From NCBI GenBank assembly GCA_030141605.1, contig JAQGDQ010000208.1:323079-387078 (forward strand): 64,000 nt of DNA, written 5' to 3'. The DNA comes from Tubiluchus corallicola (Eukaryota > Animalia > Priapulida). Below the pieces are notes generated by a model that saw only the letters and a list, made by a program, of their open reading frames with translations, did no database searches and was not told where the DNA came from. A program made the translations under genes and the position numbers. Each line of letters opens with the position of its first letter. Position 1 is the first letter of the stretch. This document shows positions 41,132-53,000 of this stretch, piece by piece.

Positions 41132-41306
41132 CATTTATGTCGGTGAGATCGCCGATAGATGGCACTTTTTGTATGGTCACATGAGGATTTGGCACACATT
41201 GTTCTCCTTCGCCCATTGGCTCAGGCTTAATACGCAGAGGCTTTGGTATGACCATAGAGTGCGGTCGCATAGGTTCTTTAAAAACCGGAGATGTCTGTGC
41301 TTCCGT
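41132..41306 (-). CDS. ETS1/2: Conserved N-terminal Ets1/2 exon (TEAQTSPVFKEPMRPHSMVIPKPLRIKPEPMGEGEQCVPNPHVTIQKVPSIGDLTDIN)
   Basis: tttttag acceptor, G|gtaagt phase-1 donor, 175 nt open. Joining to 6806 gives QKVPSIGDLTDIN-D-LPSQVPPLTPGT, which resembles the VPS.xDL…PPLTPGTN arrangement I recall from invertebrate Pointed-P2/Ets1/2. First ATG at 41270. Confidence 0.82.
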
Positions 41307-44300
41307 CTAAAAAACCACAAATCGTACGTTAACACTACATTATATAAATTTCGCATAATCCGCAGCTTAATTTATGCACGTATTGATTTAAAGAAAAATA
41401 TCTACGGCAGCTATTATAGATTTTTATTATATTTATAGATATTATGTTTATGATTTTTAACCAAATAATTTTTGTATTTAAAAGTAACACAAACAGTGAT
41501 TCGTAAAACAATCGTCAGTTTCAAGAAAAGAAATGAAAACAACCAAAGAAATATCTTATATTAGGAGAGTTACCAATTTATATTTGGGCCGTCATTCTGT
41601 TAAAACATATAAGACTTGTTTCTCAACTATAAACACCAACAATAATTTAAGTTCTCAAATTTGTAGTCTTTATGCAGCTCTTGCTTTTCATTTGTGCCAA
41701 AATATCAAATCTGATTGCTCTCGTAGAGTACGCAACTACACATCCGAATACTAAACAACGTGACGACTATGTATACATGTTAGTGATTTTTTTTCTACTG
41801 TAATAAACCGAACAGTGCTGTTTTCTTAAGAGCTCAGAAACTGGTCTGTTTGCTGGGAGATAAACTTCGACCAAAACGTAAAAAGCCGCCTGAATTACGG
41901 TAATTGACGAAAGTAAATAAAATAGAGAAAAACAGCATGCACTCTGCCGAACAAACCAAAAATTCAGAATCAGAAGTGATCCGACCCGATAAAAGCAGTC
42001 AGATGTACGGATAAATTAAAATAAGTCAATGAGAAAAACAATTTTCAGTACACAAATTTATAAATAAATAAAAACTTATTTTTTGTTAACTTACTATGTT
42101 AACATACGTTAACTCGCTTTTAACTTGCAAAATAATGAGTTACTACACACAGCCAAAAGTTGAAAAGTTTAAAACTCTTGTGACTTGAAGAAGTCAGTGG
42201 CATTACACTAACAGCACGCAGCACGATGAATAAGTCATTAAAGTGCAATACAGAATTATACAATAACAAAGTACGCTTTTTCTCAGAAATCTAAAATCGT
42301 CGTTATTCACTTAATACCTTTATTATCCCATCTTCTAGCGTCATTGTTTTAGTAACTGGTTTCACATGTTTTATCTGAGGATATCACAATTCAGTTCAAA
42401 GACAGTGACTTTCGAGTATTTCAAATTTCTAAGAGTATTTTAAGACACCCAGTGTGCTACATATCCACAGCAAGATAAACGTTCGTCCCGAAGCTAGAGA
42501 AATGATCATGTGTGGGATGAGTACAACATCTTTCCGGCTTTAATTACACCTGTTCGCATCATGTCTGCCATCTACCACCTCATTCTTCATTCATGCTTTC
42601 CAGCGCAAGTCAAGCGTATTGGGGCGGAGTGCCAAGTCAAAGAACGCGGGCAGTACTGGGTTAGTAAAGGAAAGGGTACCTCATTTAGTACATTGGATTT
42701 ATTTTACTGCTTTCACTTAAACTTAGAAAAATAAATATTAGAAAAAAAACTAAGAAATTATCAAAATACTGTCTATAAACCACAAAGTCATTGCACACTA
42801 AAGAAATCTAATAAAGAAATTTTCAGGCGCGGCAATAGCCACTATTCACATGATCTTCACAATTTAATTTAATTTAATACGCATAATCGAACAAAATCTA
42901 CAAGTGCAGCCAACAATATGAAATATTTTAGTTCTGATGAACAAAGTTCAAAGAAGTTTTATAAAACTTTCTGTTCTCGAGGGTTTTCGCAATTTATTGC
43001 AGCTACCCTCACTGGATCCGCCATAACGCTATAATAGACTACACCAAGAACGTTACAGAACTCTTGTATACAAGCAACAATATTTACCTTGGTCTGCTAC
43101 ATGAGATATTGTTTTTGTAAACAAGAGGGTTAAACATCGCGGCAAGGGTTATGCACCTGATTTACTCGCAGCGTTCACAGGTGCAAAACGTTCCTTTCTG
43201 CTGGGCTAATAAACGCTAAACAGGCACAATCGGGGAGTCATGCATGTTGGAGTTTGTCAAGTTTGTATTTGTGTTTGCAGGGGGAAAATGAAAATGCGGG
43301 CAACCCTAAACCCAAACAAACGGCAAGTCAACAAAAGGGTCACAACCTGGGCACCTTGAATACATGAATTTTTCATTTTCCGTCAATTTTAGGGAAACGA
43401 ACTGAATGAAAGACAAACAGAAAGAAGTTTCAGAAAAAATTCAATAATAATGGCTTTTGGCGATAATGACGATAGCGAAGAATGATAACAACCTGGTAAT
43501 GATGTGATGTGTGTAGGTCAAAGGAGTGAACGGACCACCAGTCAAAGAACCATAAGAAAAAAGGACCACTCGTCAAAAATTCACCTGAAAAGCTAGAAGG
43601 ACAAACAAAATAAAAATTAGCAAATCGCGCAATTACATTATTTCCAGAGCTTAAACTGTAAAGCTCTGCATTATTTATTTGTCAATACCTTCTACTCACT
43701 AGCCAAAATGAGTCAATTTTATGCATTGAATAACTCCGTGGCACTTAATGGAATTTAATAAATACATTCAAATTTAAATAATGTGAATTATTAAAAACGT
43801 TTAAAATGTACGAAATATTTAAAATCTTAACTTTAGCAGATTAAAAAAAATAGTTTAAAAATAGTACCTTATATTTACATACGAACTAATGGTCACCGAC
43901 AAACTAAAATTTCCAGTTTCGAATTTTTAGTAAAGATACTTCTTGCTAGAATGCCTAATTTCATTAGACATTTAACTGGAAAACAGTTAAAAATACACGT
44001 AGTACGTCTTTTTGTGACTTGTGGCTTAGATGTGTCTAAGCTAACTACGGTTACATTTCAAATCATAACAATTGATTTGAGCTTTTTTATACTTTGAACA
44101 TGAACAACTGATTTGGCCTTTCTTCGCTAATTAACATTAGACAAAATACAGCAGTTCGCTGGAGCCAAAGTGACACAAGAAAAAAGAAATCAGTAGTGCA
44201 AGTTTGTATTTACAAGAACGGCACACTTACACAAAGTTTTGATTGCAATGTCGCACCTGCATTGTTTCGGAACCTGTCTCATTGATACAGACAAATTAAG

Positions 44301-44749
44301 ATCAGATAGGAGTAAAATGTTTCATTCTGTCCAACCAACGATCAGCAAACACTAGAGGATTTTCTAATGACGACAAATTGCTTATTCTTATTTTCCTTTT
44401 AGAATTCCAAAACCCTCACAGTAGTAATTAGTCATTTGTAGTAGTTTGAAAAACCAGTGAAAATAAGGCGAGCACAAACTGTTGCAAAACGAAGTTTTCC
44501 TATTAAAAACTTTCTCACAAAAACTCTATCCTCGAGCTTACTTAATAAAAACAACTTTTCAGTAATGTTTCTAGTTTCTTTTTAACTGTTAGTATAAATC
44601 TATTATAGTTATCTTTACCTTTATCTTTTTTTAAATAAAAATATCTTTCATAAAACTAACACATTCGTATAACGTCTTAAATGCAAAATCTTATAATTTT
44701 TAATTACCTGATACATGCGCATTAACTAATTAATTATATTAGTAACAAT

Positions 44750-44945
44750 CCTGAGAGGGCGGCTGACCTCGATAACTTATAGTTCTTTCGCCACCCTTTC
44801 ACCACCAATCAATATTTACTTTTGCACTTTGTAATATTATTGTATGTTGTATAGATTTATAAATCTGTTAGTTATGTATTTTGCTATTTTAAAAATGGTG
44901 ATAAACTAATAAACTTACTTACTTACTTACTTACTTACTTCTTAC
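44750..44945 (+). mobile_element. 3' tail of a CR1/L2-like LINE (or partner SINE)
   Basis: GC-rich stem-loop (GAGAGGGCGG…CGCCACCCTTTC), T-rich spacer, AATAAA, then an (ACTT)n tail at ~44913-44940. Confidence 0.5.
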
Positions 44946-45119
44946 ACTGGCTATGCACTTTTTAAGGCACGATATAAATTTTAAATAAAAAGGAAATACG
45001 AAAGTATGACATTTATCAATCATTATTGTTATCACCAAAAATAATGACCAATCACACTTTATGAAATAAAATATTAATGGTTAAGTAAAAGTTGCAATTT
45101 GCTCAAACCGCTGTCAGCG

Positions 45120-45285
45120 CATCCACTGGTGGTCCTCTAACCAGTGGTCTTTTACCATCCCCCTGACATTTGGTTCTATGACCACTTTTAAAATGTTAAG
45201 GTGGATCTTTGACTGGTGGCCCTCTTTCCAAGATGGGTCTTTCAACTGGTGATCCTTCGTCCGGTGGTATTTTGACCGCCCATTG
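45120..45285. repeat. Degenerate minisatellite-like subrepeats (TGGTGGTC/TTTTGAC)
   Basis: Recurring GGTGGTCC and CTTTTGAC units; a related inverted stretch (GGACCACCAGTCAAA) at ~43515-43585. Confidence 0.45.
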
Positions 45286-46960
45286 TGATGATAGTGGAAG
45301 TAAAAAGGAAAATGAAGTGGTAGACGAAGAGGACCAGAAGAAGAAGAAAAGTAGAGAACGATGACGTTATAATGAAATGATGATGACTACGACTTCGACG
45401 ACGACGATGACCATGACAAGTAGGTGTGCAGCAGCCGCTAGGGCTTAGGCCAATGTAGTAATGAATGATGTTGACGACAGTAAAATAATAATGATGACTG
45501 TGTAATTCGGCTCGAAAACACGTATAGTTGAAAAGTTCGCTTAAAAATTTAACACTGAGAAAATTTTAAATTAAAGAATTTCCCCATACAAAACTGTAGA
45601 TGATCTTACACAGGCATAGCGGTTTAACCATGCTTTTCACTCACACTACACATTATGGCGCATCACGATCTGTGTTAGATGGGTAAATGTTTAACCAGGA
45701 AACCAGTTCTACAAGAAGGCAAATAAAAAAAAGCACTACACCACCCTGACAAACATTTGTATCAAGTATAAGAGTGCTGAGAAGCACGCAGATTCCAACC
45801 ACGAGATATTATTTTAACCACTGAGCTTAATAAATTAGCTGTGTTAAATCCATGGAGGAATCGCCACTGCCAGGAAAAAGGTGATGTTCCCATCATAAGC
45901 ATTTTTTACATTACACTGAGATAAGATACTAAGTAATGTTCGTCAGCCAGTAAATTGACTTGTTCAAGGGAGAGAACCTGAATGTTGTCGACTCAACTTT
46001 AAAATTCTTGAAGTCGTAAGTCCAGAATGTAATAGAATTTAACTTATTTATATTGGAAGCAATAACCACTTTCCCATAATGTCACTGACCAGCGACCGTT
46101 ACAGACTTATAGTCACCAGAATGAAATTTTCTTATACCAAACATAAACTTCAAAAACAGCTTTCTTCCAGTGGGTACATATATTAATCAAAATATTTAAA
46201 ATAATACCAGCGAGAAATTTAGGCCCTAAATGATACTGGCGTTAATCAAAATAACACTCTATCATTGATGTTTATTTCATAGTTTAATTCACGCTGTATT
46301 AGTCTTAAAACAACTATACCACAAACGCTCTGCACTCACATTTCATACTACAAATGTCTTTTGATGATCTGATATTCTATTCTTTAAAAAAAATTCGGCA
46401 TATTACTCGTCAAACAGCAAAATCTCTGTCAGTCACTGACTGTATGAAAACATACACCACGTGCACAAGCCAACAACAAGTTTAGTAAGCTCGAACACCC
46501 ATTTTACAAAACCAAGAGTTAAGCAAACATTGGGCAATTTTACGATTATACCGGGGTCATCATATTATTCTGTTTACCTTGACCTAAATTTGCCTAGTGC
46601 ATGCAGTTGGGAGAATGTCGTTAGAGAAAATGACGCAAAATGTGAATTAAAGCTCTCGTCGAACGATTACATAATTTTGAATAAACTTCAATCTTAACAA
46701 AATGAATGGGGAAATCTGTATATGGGACAATGTCGAGAGATAATTACTGTCTTACTGCTATGAAAATAAATTAGATCATACGCGATTATACAATGCAGTA
46801 ATGCATGAATTAAATTTTGCTTTGACTGAATAAATTTTCCGTATGTGAAAGCGAAAGCACGGTTGCACACTAAATAAATCTAAGTATGCGTAGCGCACTG
46901 AAGCGCTGACAGACAGACACATTTCGCGTTCTACGCATATAAGCTACATGTATGTGCTTA

Positions 46961-47031
46961 CGATCTACGTCGTAAAACCAAAAATAAGTTTCCTTGCGAT
47001 CTACGTCGTAAAACAAAAAATGAGTTTCCTT
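46961..47031. repeat. Tandem duplication, 2 x 36 bp
   Basis: CGATCTACGTCGTAAAAC…AGTTTCCTT at 46961 and 46997. Confidence 0.85.
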
Positions 47032-50000
47032 CAGGATAAAATTAAATAAATAAATAAGTAAATGCAACTTAATGATTAAGTAATAATAAGTAAATAAACA
47101 AAAATGCAAATATACGGAAAATCTGTGTAACGTAGAATTTTAAACAATGTAGTACTGTACACTACATCTGTATTGGGCTATTGCTAAACTTAAACTAGAA
47201 GTTCCATAAAAAAAATCCCTCTGGGGTGAAAAACGCACAGTTAAGGTAGTTCTCTGATGCCAAAAGCGATAACAGTAAAAAGCAGCGTCATTTTGTAATT
47301 CAAATTTACCAAGGATTATCAAAATGTGTTAATCTGATGTAAGGAAATTTTCCAAGTGAGACAACAAGCCTTCACAAAAGCTTATTGTTCAGTCCCAAAG
47401 CTGGAAATCATCAGGTGCCAATTGCAATTTCAGACAATTTATCAACCTGAGCGTTGATGTTAACTATACGAATTACACGCCTACCTGTCAAACACTAAGT
47501 AATACGGTGTTCAATTTGTGCAAGGTGCACAGGTATTACTTAATTACGCCTGTTCCGCAGCCCGGGGAACATACCTGTTAAAATTGATGGAATATCTAAT
47601 CAGCTCATGAAAATACACGCTGTGTCGTTATCTTCAGGTATGCAAAAATATTATAGTATGTATCATATTATGTAGGTAAACTTATCTGGTGATAAATATG
47701 TTATGCAGTGTAAGTGCCTATTATTACAACACCGGTAGTTGATTTAAACCGATAAACTTGCGAGAGGTGTTCTGCGCGATGTAAAATTTATGCCACACAC
47801 CTTTTTGCAGTCAAATTGTTCAGCTAGAAGCCGAGCTAGAAAGCGGGGCAATATAACACAAACAGTGAAAACCTTTAAAAAAGAGACGCCAAGCTGTCAC
47901 ATGTGTATACGCGCAATGTCTTCTATACTAATTCCTTTGATATGCTCTAAGATAATTGTTTGTAGCTGAAAAAAATGTACAGGTGAAAGGATGCGATGTC
48001 GCTTGTTAAATCTACGCAAGTTTTAAGAGAGTTTGTGTGAGCGAAGATACAGAACAAGAATGGCCAAACCCCATTTTTGTCACGAATGTCACGAATGTAC
48101 ACAGTGATAAATGACAAGCAAAACGTAGCACATGTTTATTCTACTGGAATCCCATTTAACACTATAGAGAAAAATTATGCTTATAATGAAAGTCATTTAT
48201 ATATGTAAACTTTCTGCGTCTGTATGTAATATGCATGTGTTTCTCAATAAATGTATGCAATAATTTCTTACAGTATTTTAGTTTTTAGATACGAAGTTCA
48301 TAGATGAAAGAAACAGAAACGTGAATAATGAATGCTGCTAAAACAGTGCCTTACCTGCAAAAGGAAGTTTATATAATTACGTACAGATAGGAATACTCCA
48401 AAAAGATTTATTTTAAATTTTACACTGTCTTCAGCTGTTTACAAACAGGCTTCGTTATCTTGATGAGTTATATCTATCAGTATCTACTAAGTTAAAAAAG
48501 CGGAGAATGGTAAACACTATGTAGGAAGTTCGAGCATTATAGAATACAATCCTATTTTATAAGCAAATGTTTTGCACTGGTTTTCGCTAGTCGTATGTTA
48601 TAAAGCAACAGCTGCCGTCAAAGTGTATGGGAAAACTAGGAGATACCTCCCAGCAAATGATCTTACAACACGCCAAAAAACACTTTATGGCCGTTCTAGA
48701 ATCTTGAAGCATGTTTACGCAGAGGCCGATCAAAACGCTCCATCGTTATCAAACGGCTCATTAAAGGTTAAGATGATGGCATCTATTTATAATGAACCAT
48801 AAAATTTTGTTCAAAATGTTTTTAATGTGTGTTGAGTGAAGCGCACATGGGAGAATACGTGAAGCAAAGAGTTAACTTGCCTAAGCGCATAACATTTAGT
48901 TCTTTGTTTTTATTTAAGCTACATGCTGAATATGTTGCATTTAAATAATATAATAAAACATGGCGAATAATAAAGCATTAATTCAATCGTTTACTCGTTC
49001 ACTGATTCATTTATTCAGTCAGTCAGTCATTGATTAATTTATATTTTAAATATTCAGCAATATTCACAGTTATTTAATTCCTGACCACTAAGCATTCTAA
49101 GTGCTTAATGTGGTGCAAAACTAATAGTAAAGCTACTATACTTTTCCTTATTGTTGAATGACTAATAAATAGTGTTATTTACGTTGACTTTCTAATTTGT
49201 ATTCAGAATAAATAATGAACTGTGAACCCATTGTATATTTTCTGTAGGCTAATTTCCTTAAACAATAGGATCACAAACAGAGCGCCCTTAAGCCATGCAG
49301 AAGCCTTCTAATAGAAGGTAATCCTCGCTAAAGTTACAGCGTAATTATACCCGCTGCATACAAAGTATTCACTAGACAGAGATACTGGGACATGAGAAAG
49401 TCTGTCACGAAAATGAGCAGCAGAAAGACAATATCCATATGGCTTGTTAGAGCATTAGAGGATTTAGAAAGATACAGTGACCACTGTCCGTCGTGTCCAA
49501 AAGCTTTCGGTCTGACGATGTCTGCTGTGTCAAGGTCACTGTTTTGTTCACATAACGCACGTATGACGCACAGAAAACACTAGCTTGAGGTCGAGGAACA
49601 CTACTAATAAATAACTAAATTTGAGTCTATTATACTCAAACTAAGTGCTTTACGGACACTAGACAGATAGATAAAATCTTTATTAACGAATATAAAAACA
49701 ATACATGTACAGTGTACGTAACTGTATTTGTATGTCCACGGATGGAAGCAGCTTACCCGTCAGTCAAAATTATGTTTGGGCTGATATACATGTAATTGGC
49801 AAGAGCATCAATTTATAGTGTACAGACTCTTCAAAAACTTTATGACTATAGTAATCAGAAGAATCAAATCCAATCAAAAATATAATACAGATAAGAATTA
49901 TCTAAAATGTAAGAATTGTAAGAAACATTTATGGATCTGTCTGTCAAAATTGATTTGATTGGCAGGTATACTGAACTTTCGTATAATCGAGTACACTTAG

Positions 50001-53000
50001 CTTAGCACCAGTTTGCATTCAATGGGATGGGATATTCGTGATGCACAAAAGAACTTCATTGCCCTTTCAAAAGAAAAAATTTCTTAGCTGCTGCTGTGAC
50101 TTAGTCCTACCTCTTTTCGGGCCATGTTTTACATAACTTTTTGAGTTTTAAACATGGTCGTCATGAGCTGTCATGACCACTTCTAAGCCGCAGATAATTT
50201 TTAGAGTCCAGTTAAAACCATAGAAAAAAAACCACACACAAATCTTTGCACAAAAGATGATGACCAATTTATTACAACTTTTGAAGAACATTTTTGGAAT
50301 CTGTTTACCTGTATTTATTTCGTTAAAAATTCAACGGCTGGTGGGGAATTTATAAACTAACGCCCTTCTATAAAATCACAAAAATACCCTTATTTCAAGT
50401 GACAGAAGGATTTGATAAAAAGTATATAATACACTGACAAACCAATCACTGTGCAGAGAAACAGTTCATGAGAGGTCGGTTCGGACTGCGGGTAGAGCTC
50501 GTCTCCTGTCCCGGATTTGTTTTCTAGCGGAGTAAATGCGCCCTAATTGATTAATGGACGCGTAAGAAAATATCAGAACAACGGTAAAAAATTGAAAAAT
50601 AAGAGACGGGCCGAATTTACAATGGAATTTTGCATCAAGCTGCGAAGTAGATCATTAAATTCAAAGACCTAGTTCACCAAAATTTTTGGGTCACCCATGA
50701 AGAAATCAAGTGCGCTTTTTTGGGAAAGAATTCACGATTTTTACTGTCAACAAACAACAACAGCTGCGCCTAATTTTGCTGACTATAGAGAACACCGCCA
50801 TCACCTGTAAACGCTATCACTTTTGACGAATACAACCCAATAACCCTTTCCCCCGGCAGCTGTTTCTTACACTAGAAAGTTTACACACGTTGCTGAAACC
50901 TTGTAAACCGGGACGTTGGACCCTGCCGCTTGCTGTTTACAAGAAGCACTACTCCTTGTGGCGTATTCGCGCCGAGGCGCAAGACCAGTAAAAACAAAAA
51001 CGTCATCGAAATTAAGTTTTCTGCGCCAAGAAGTACAAAACTATAAGCACTAAATGCGCTGAGTATGACACTGTATATTAGTTTAGTCGTAGGAAAGAAT
51101 TCCATTAACTTTTCAGAAGAATTTTAACATAAAATAACATGAAGATAAACCTGGGTCCACCACAGATGGTATTGGATTTACCACAGTCTGTGGTATCATG
51201 CGGCTTACAAATTACTACATTCTCCACAAATTTAGGTCCACATGAGTAATCAAAGTACATACAGCTCGCGCGCAACCCTTTCTCCATGTTGCAGTGGACA
51301 AATAAACAAGAAAAGGAATTGAAGCCACTCTGTGTAAGTTATGTCACGTGCGCACAAAAATGTTAACCCACATGGTGAAACCACTCAAAAAAATAACAAT
51401 ATAAAACAGGAGTAATTAGTATGTGTACTTTCTAAACTTTTAACCCAGGTATACTTTCTAATCCAAGACAGGAGAACTGGAACGTCATTAGAAAGAAAAA
51501 ACATTGAAAATTAAGTATGTCGGTCGAAGAGTCTATAGAATTGAGGGGATAAAGGACTAAAGATAAGAAAGTGTCCACAATCAATGCAGTACTGCACAGG
51601 GTTTTCCAAAAGAAACCAACGCGGTCGTTACAGTGTCGACCTTGCCAAACTGACAAACACTAACATTAAAGTGCTAACGACAGGTTAGGCAGCAGTTTTT
51701 TGACTTAGAATCAATGTGCCATATTAATTACTTAAAATACTTTAACTTTATGTCTGCAAACGAAGAGAAACAATTGGCCACTTCGGAGTTACATATTAAA
51801 GCATGTCGACACAAATTGTTTGCGCGATGACATCATGAGAGAATCGTTTGAGGAAGTGTTCGCCTTTCGGTTAAGATAAGCAGAATCATTTCATTAATCA
51901 AAACAAGAGCTGTCGAAAACAGAAAGAAAAAAGTTGCTCAAAGAGTTTCCATCTGAGCTGTAAGTATGCGCTAATTAGTGCGCCAAAATTAGAATTCTGC
52001 TGTCACACATATCGACGTTTTGAACGTGATGAAGCTCCGCCCACAACGCTTCAAAGTCAAGCAGCGGACAAAAAGTTACCAGGCATCAATTACAACTTAA
52101 TCAAGACTTCATCAAATTATCGCAACTCTTGACTAAAGCGAAAAAACTGGTTATTTCCACGCTGTGTGAATCATACACGCAATCGTGGGAGGACAGGTTT
52201 TGTACGACAAGTACTCCAAAAGGAGGGCGTGCTCAAACAAAGGTAGGGGAAACGTAGAGAAGTATTGTACATTATGCACAAGCTACACAGCAACAAAGAA
52301 CTTTCAGTTTTAAGAAAACTTTTCACTTCTTGAAGCACTTTTCGGAAATCTAGAAAAGACGTAACCATACCAAACGCAGTAGTAATAGGAAGACGCACGC
52401 ACATGCATTATGATTTCAATTACTTATAATATCTTTTAAAGTCTATTGAAGTCTAATCGTCATATTCGTGTCCCATGGTCACACGTGTAATGATGCGCAG
52501 AGCAGATAATTGCAATCCGCCGCATAAAGTGACTTCAACCATGCAGCATGCTGTTATGCACAGGCCCAAATTTAGCAAGGAAACGGATTTACATCAATCT
52601 TTTCGAATTAAATTCATGCAAATTTCAAAAGTTGAAGCTTTGCGGGGAATTAAATTTGTAAATTATAGTATATAATGTTCATTATAATAAACACTTAATT
52701 ATACACGTATATGCGCAGAAAAATATTTGTATTAACGTATTTAGCCACGATCAATTATGTACACTCACCCCAGTGTGAGAATTTTCAAAATTAGTACATC
52801 ATCATCATGTACTTGTCTAATCTGGAGTTCGGAACAAAAACGCTATTGCTCCTATTGTTTAGTATCCAAAGAATATGATCTGAGTAGGACTCACTCCAGG
52901 CTACTACTGGAAATAACATGCTTCAACGAAATAATAAATTTTTTAACTGAATTTATTTTCATTTGCATTAACGTACGAGGCACGTTTGATGAACAAATAG

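Noticed and set aside
42548-42575. MADMMRT-G mini exon upstream of the conserved exon
   Set aside because: Weak donor (gtgtaa), and phase 1 does not fit the phase-0 acceptor at 41306.
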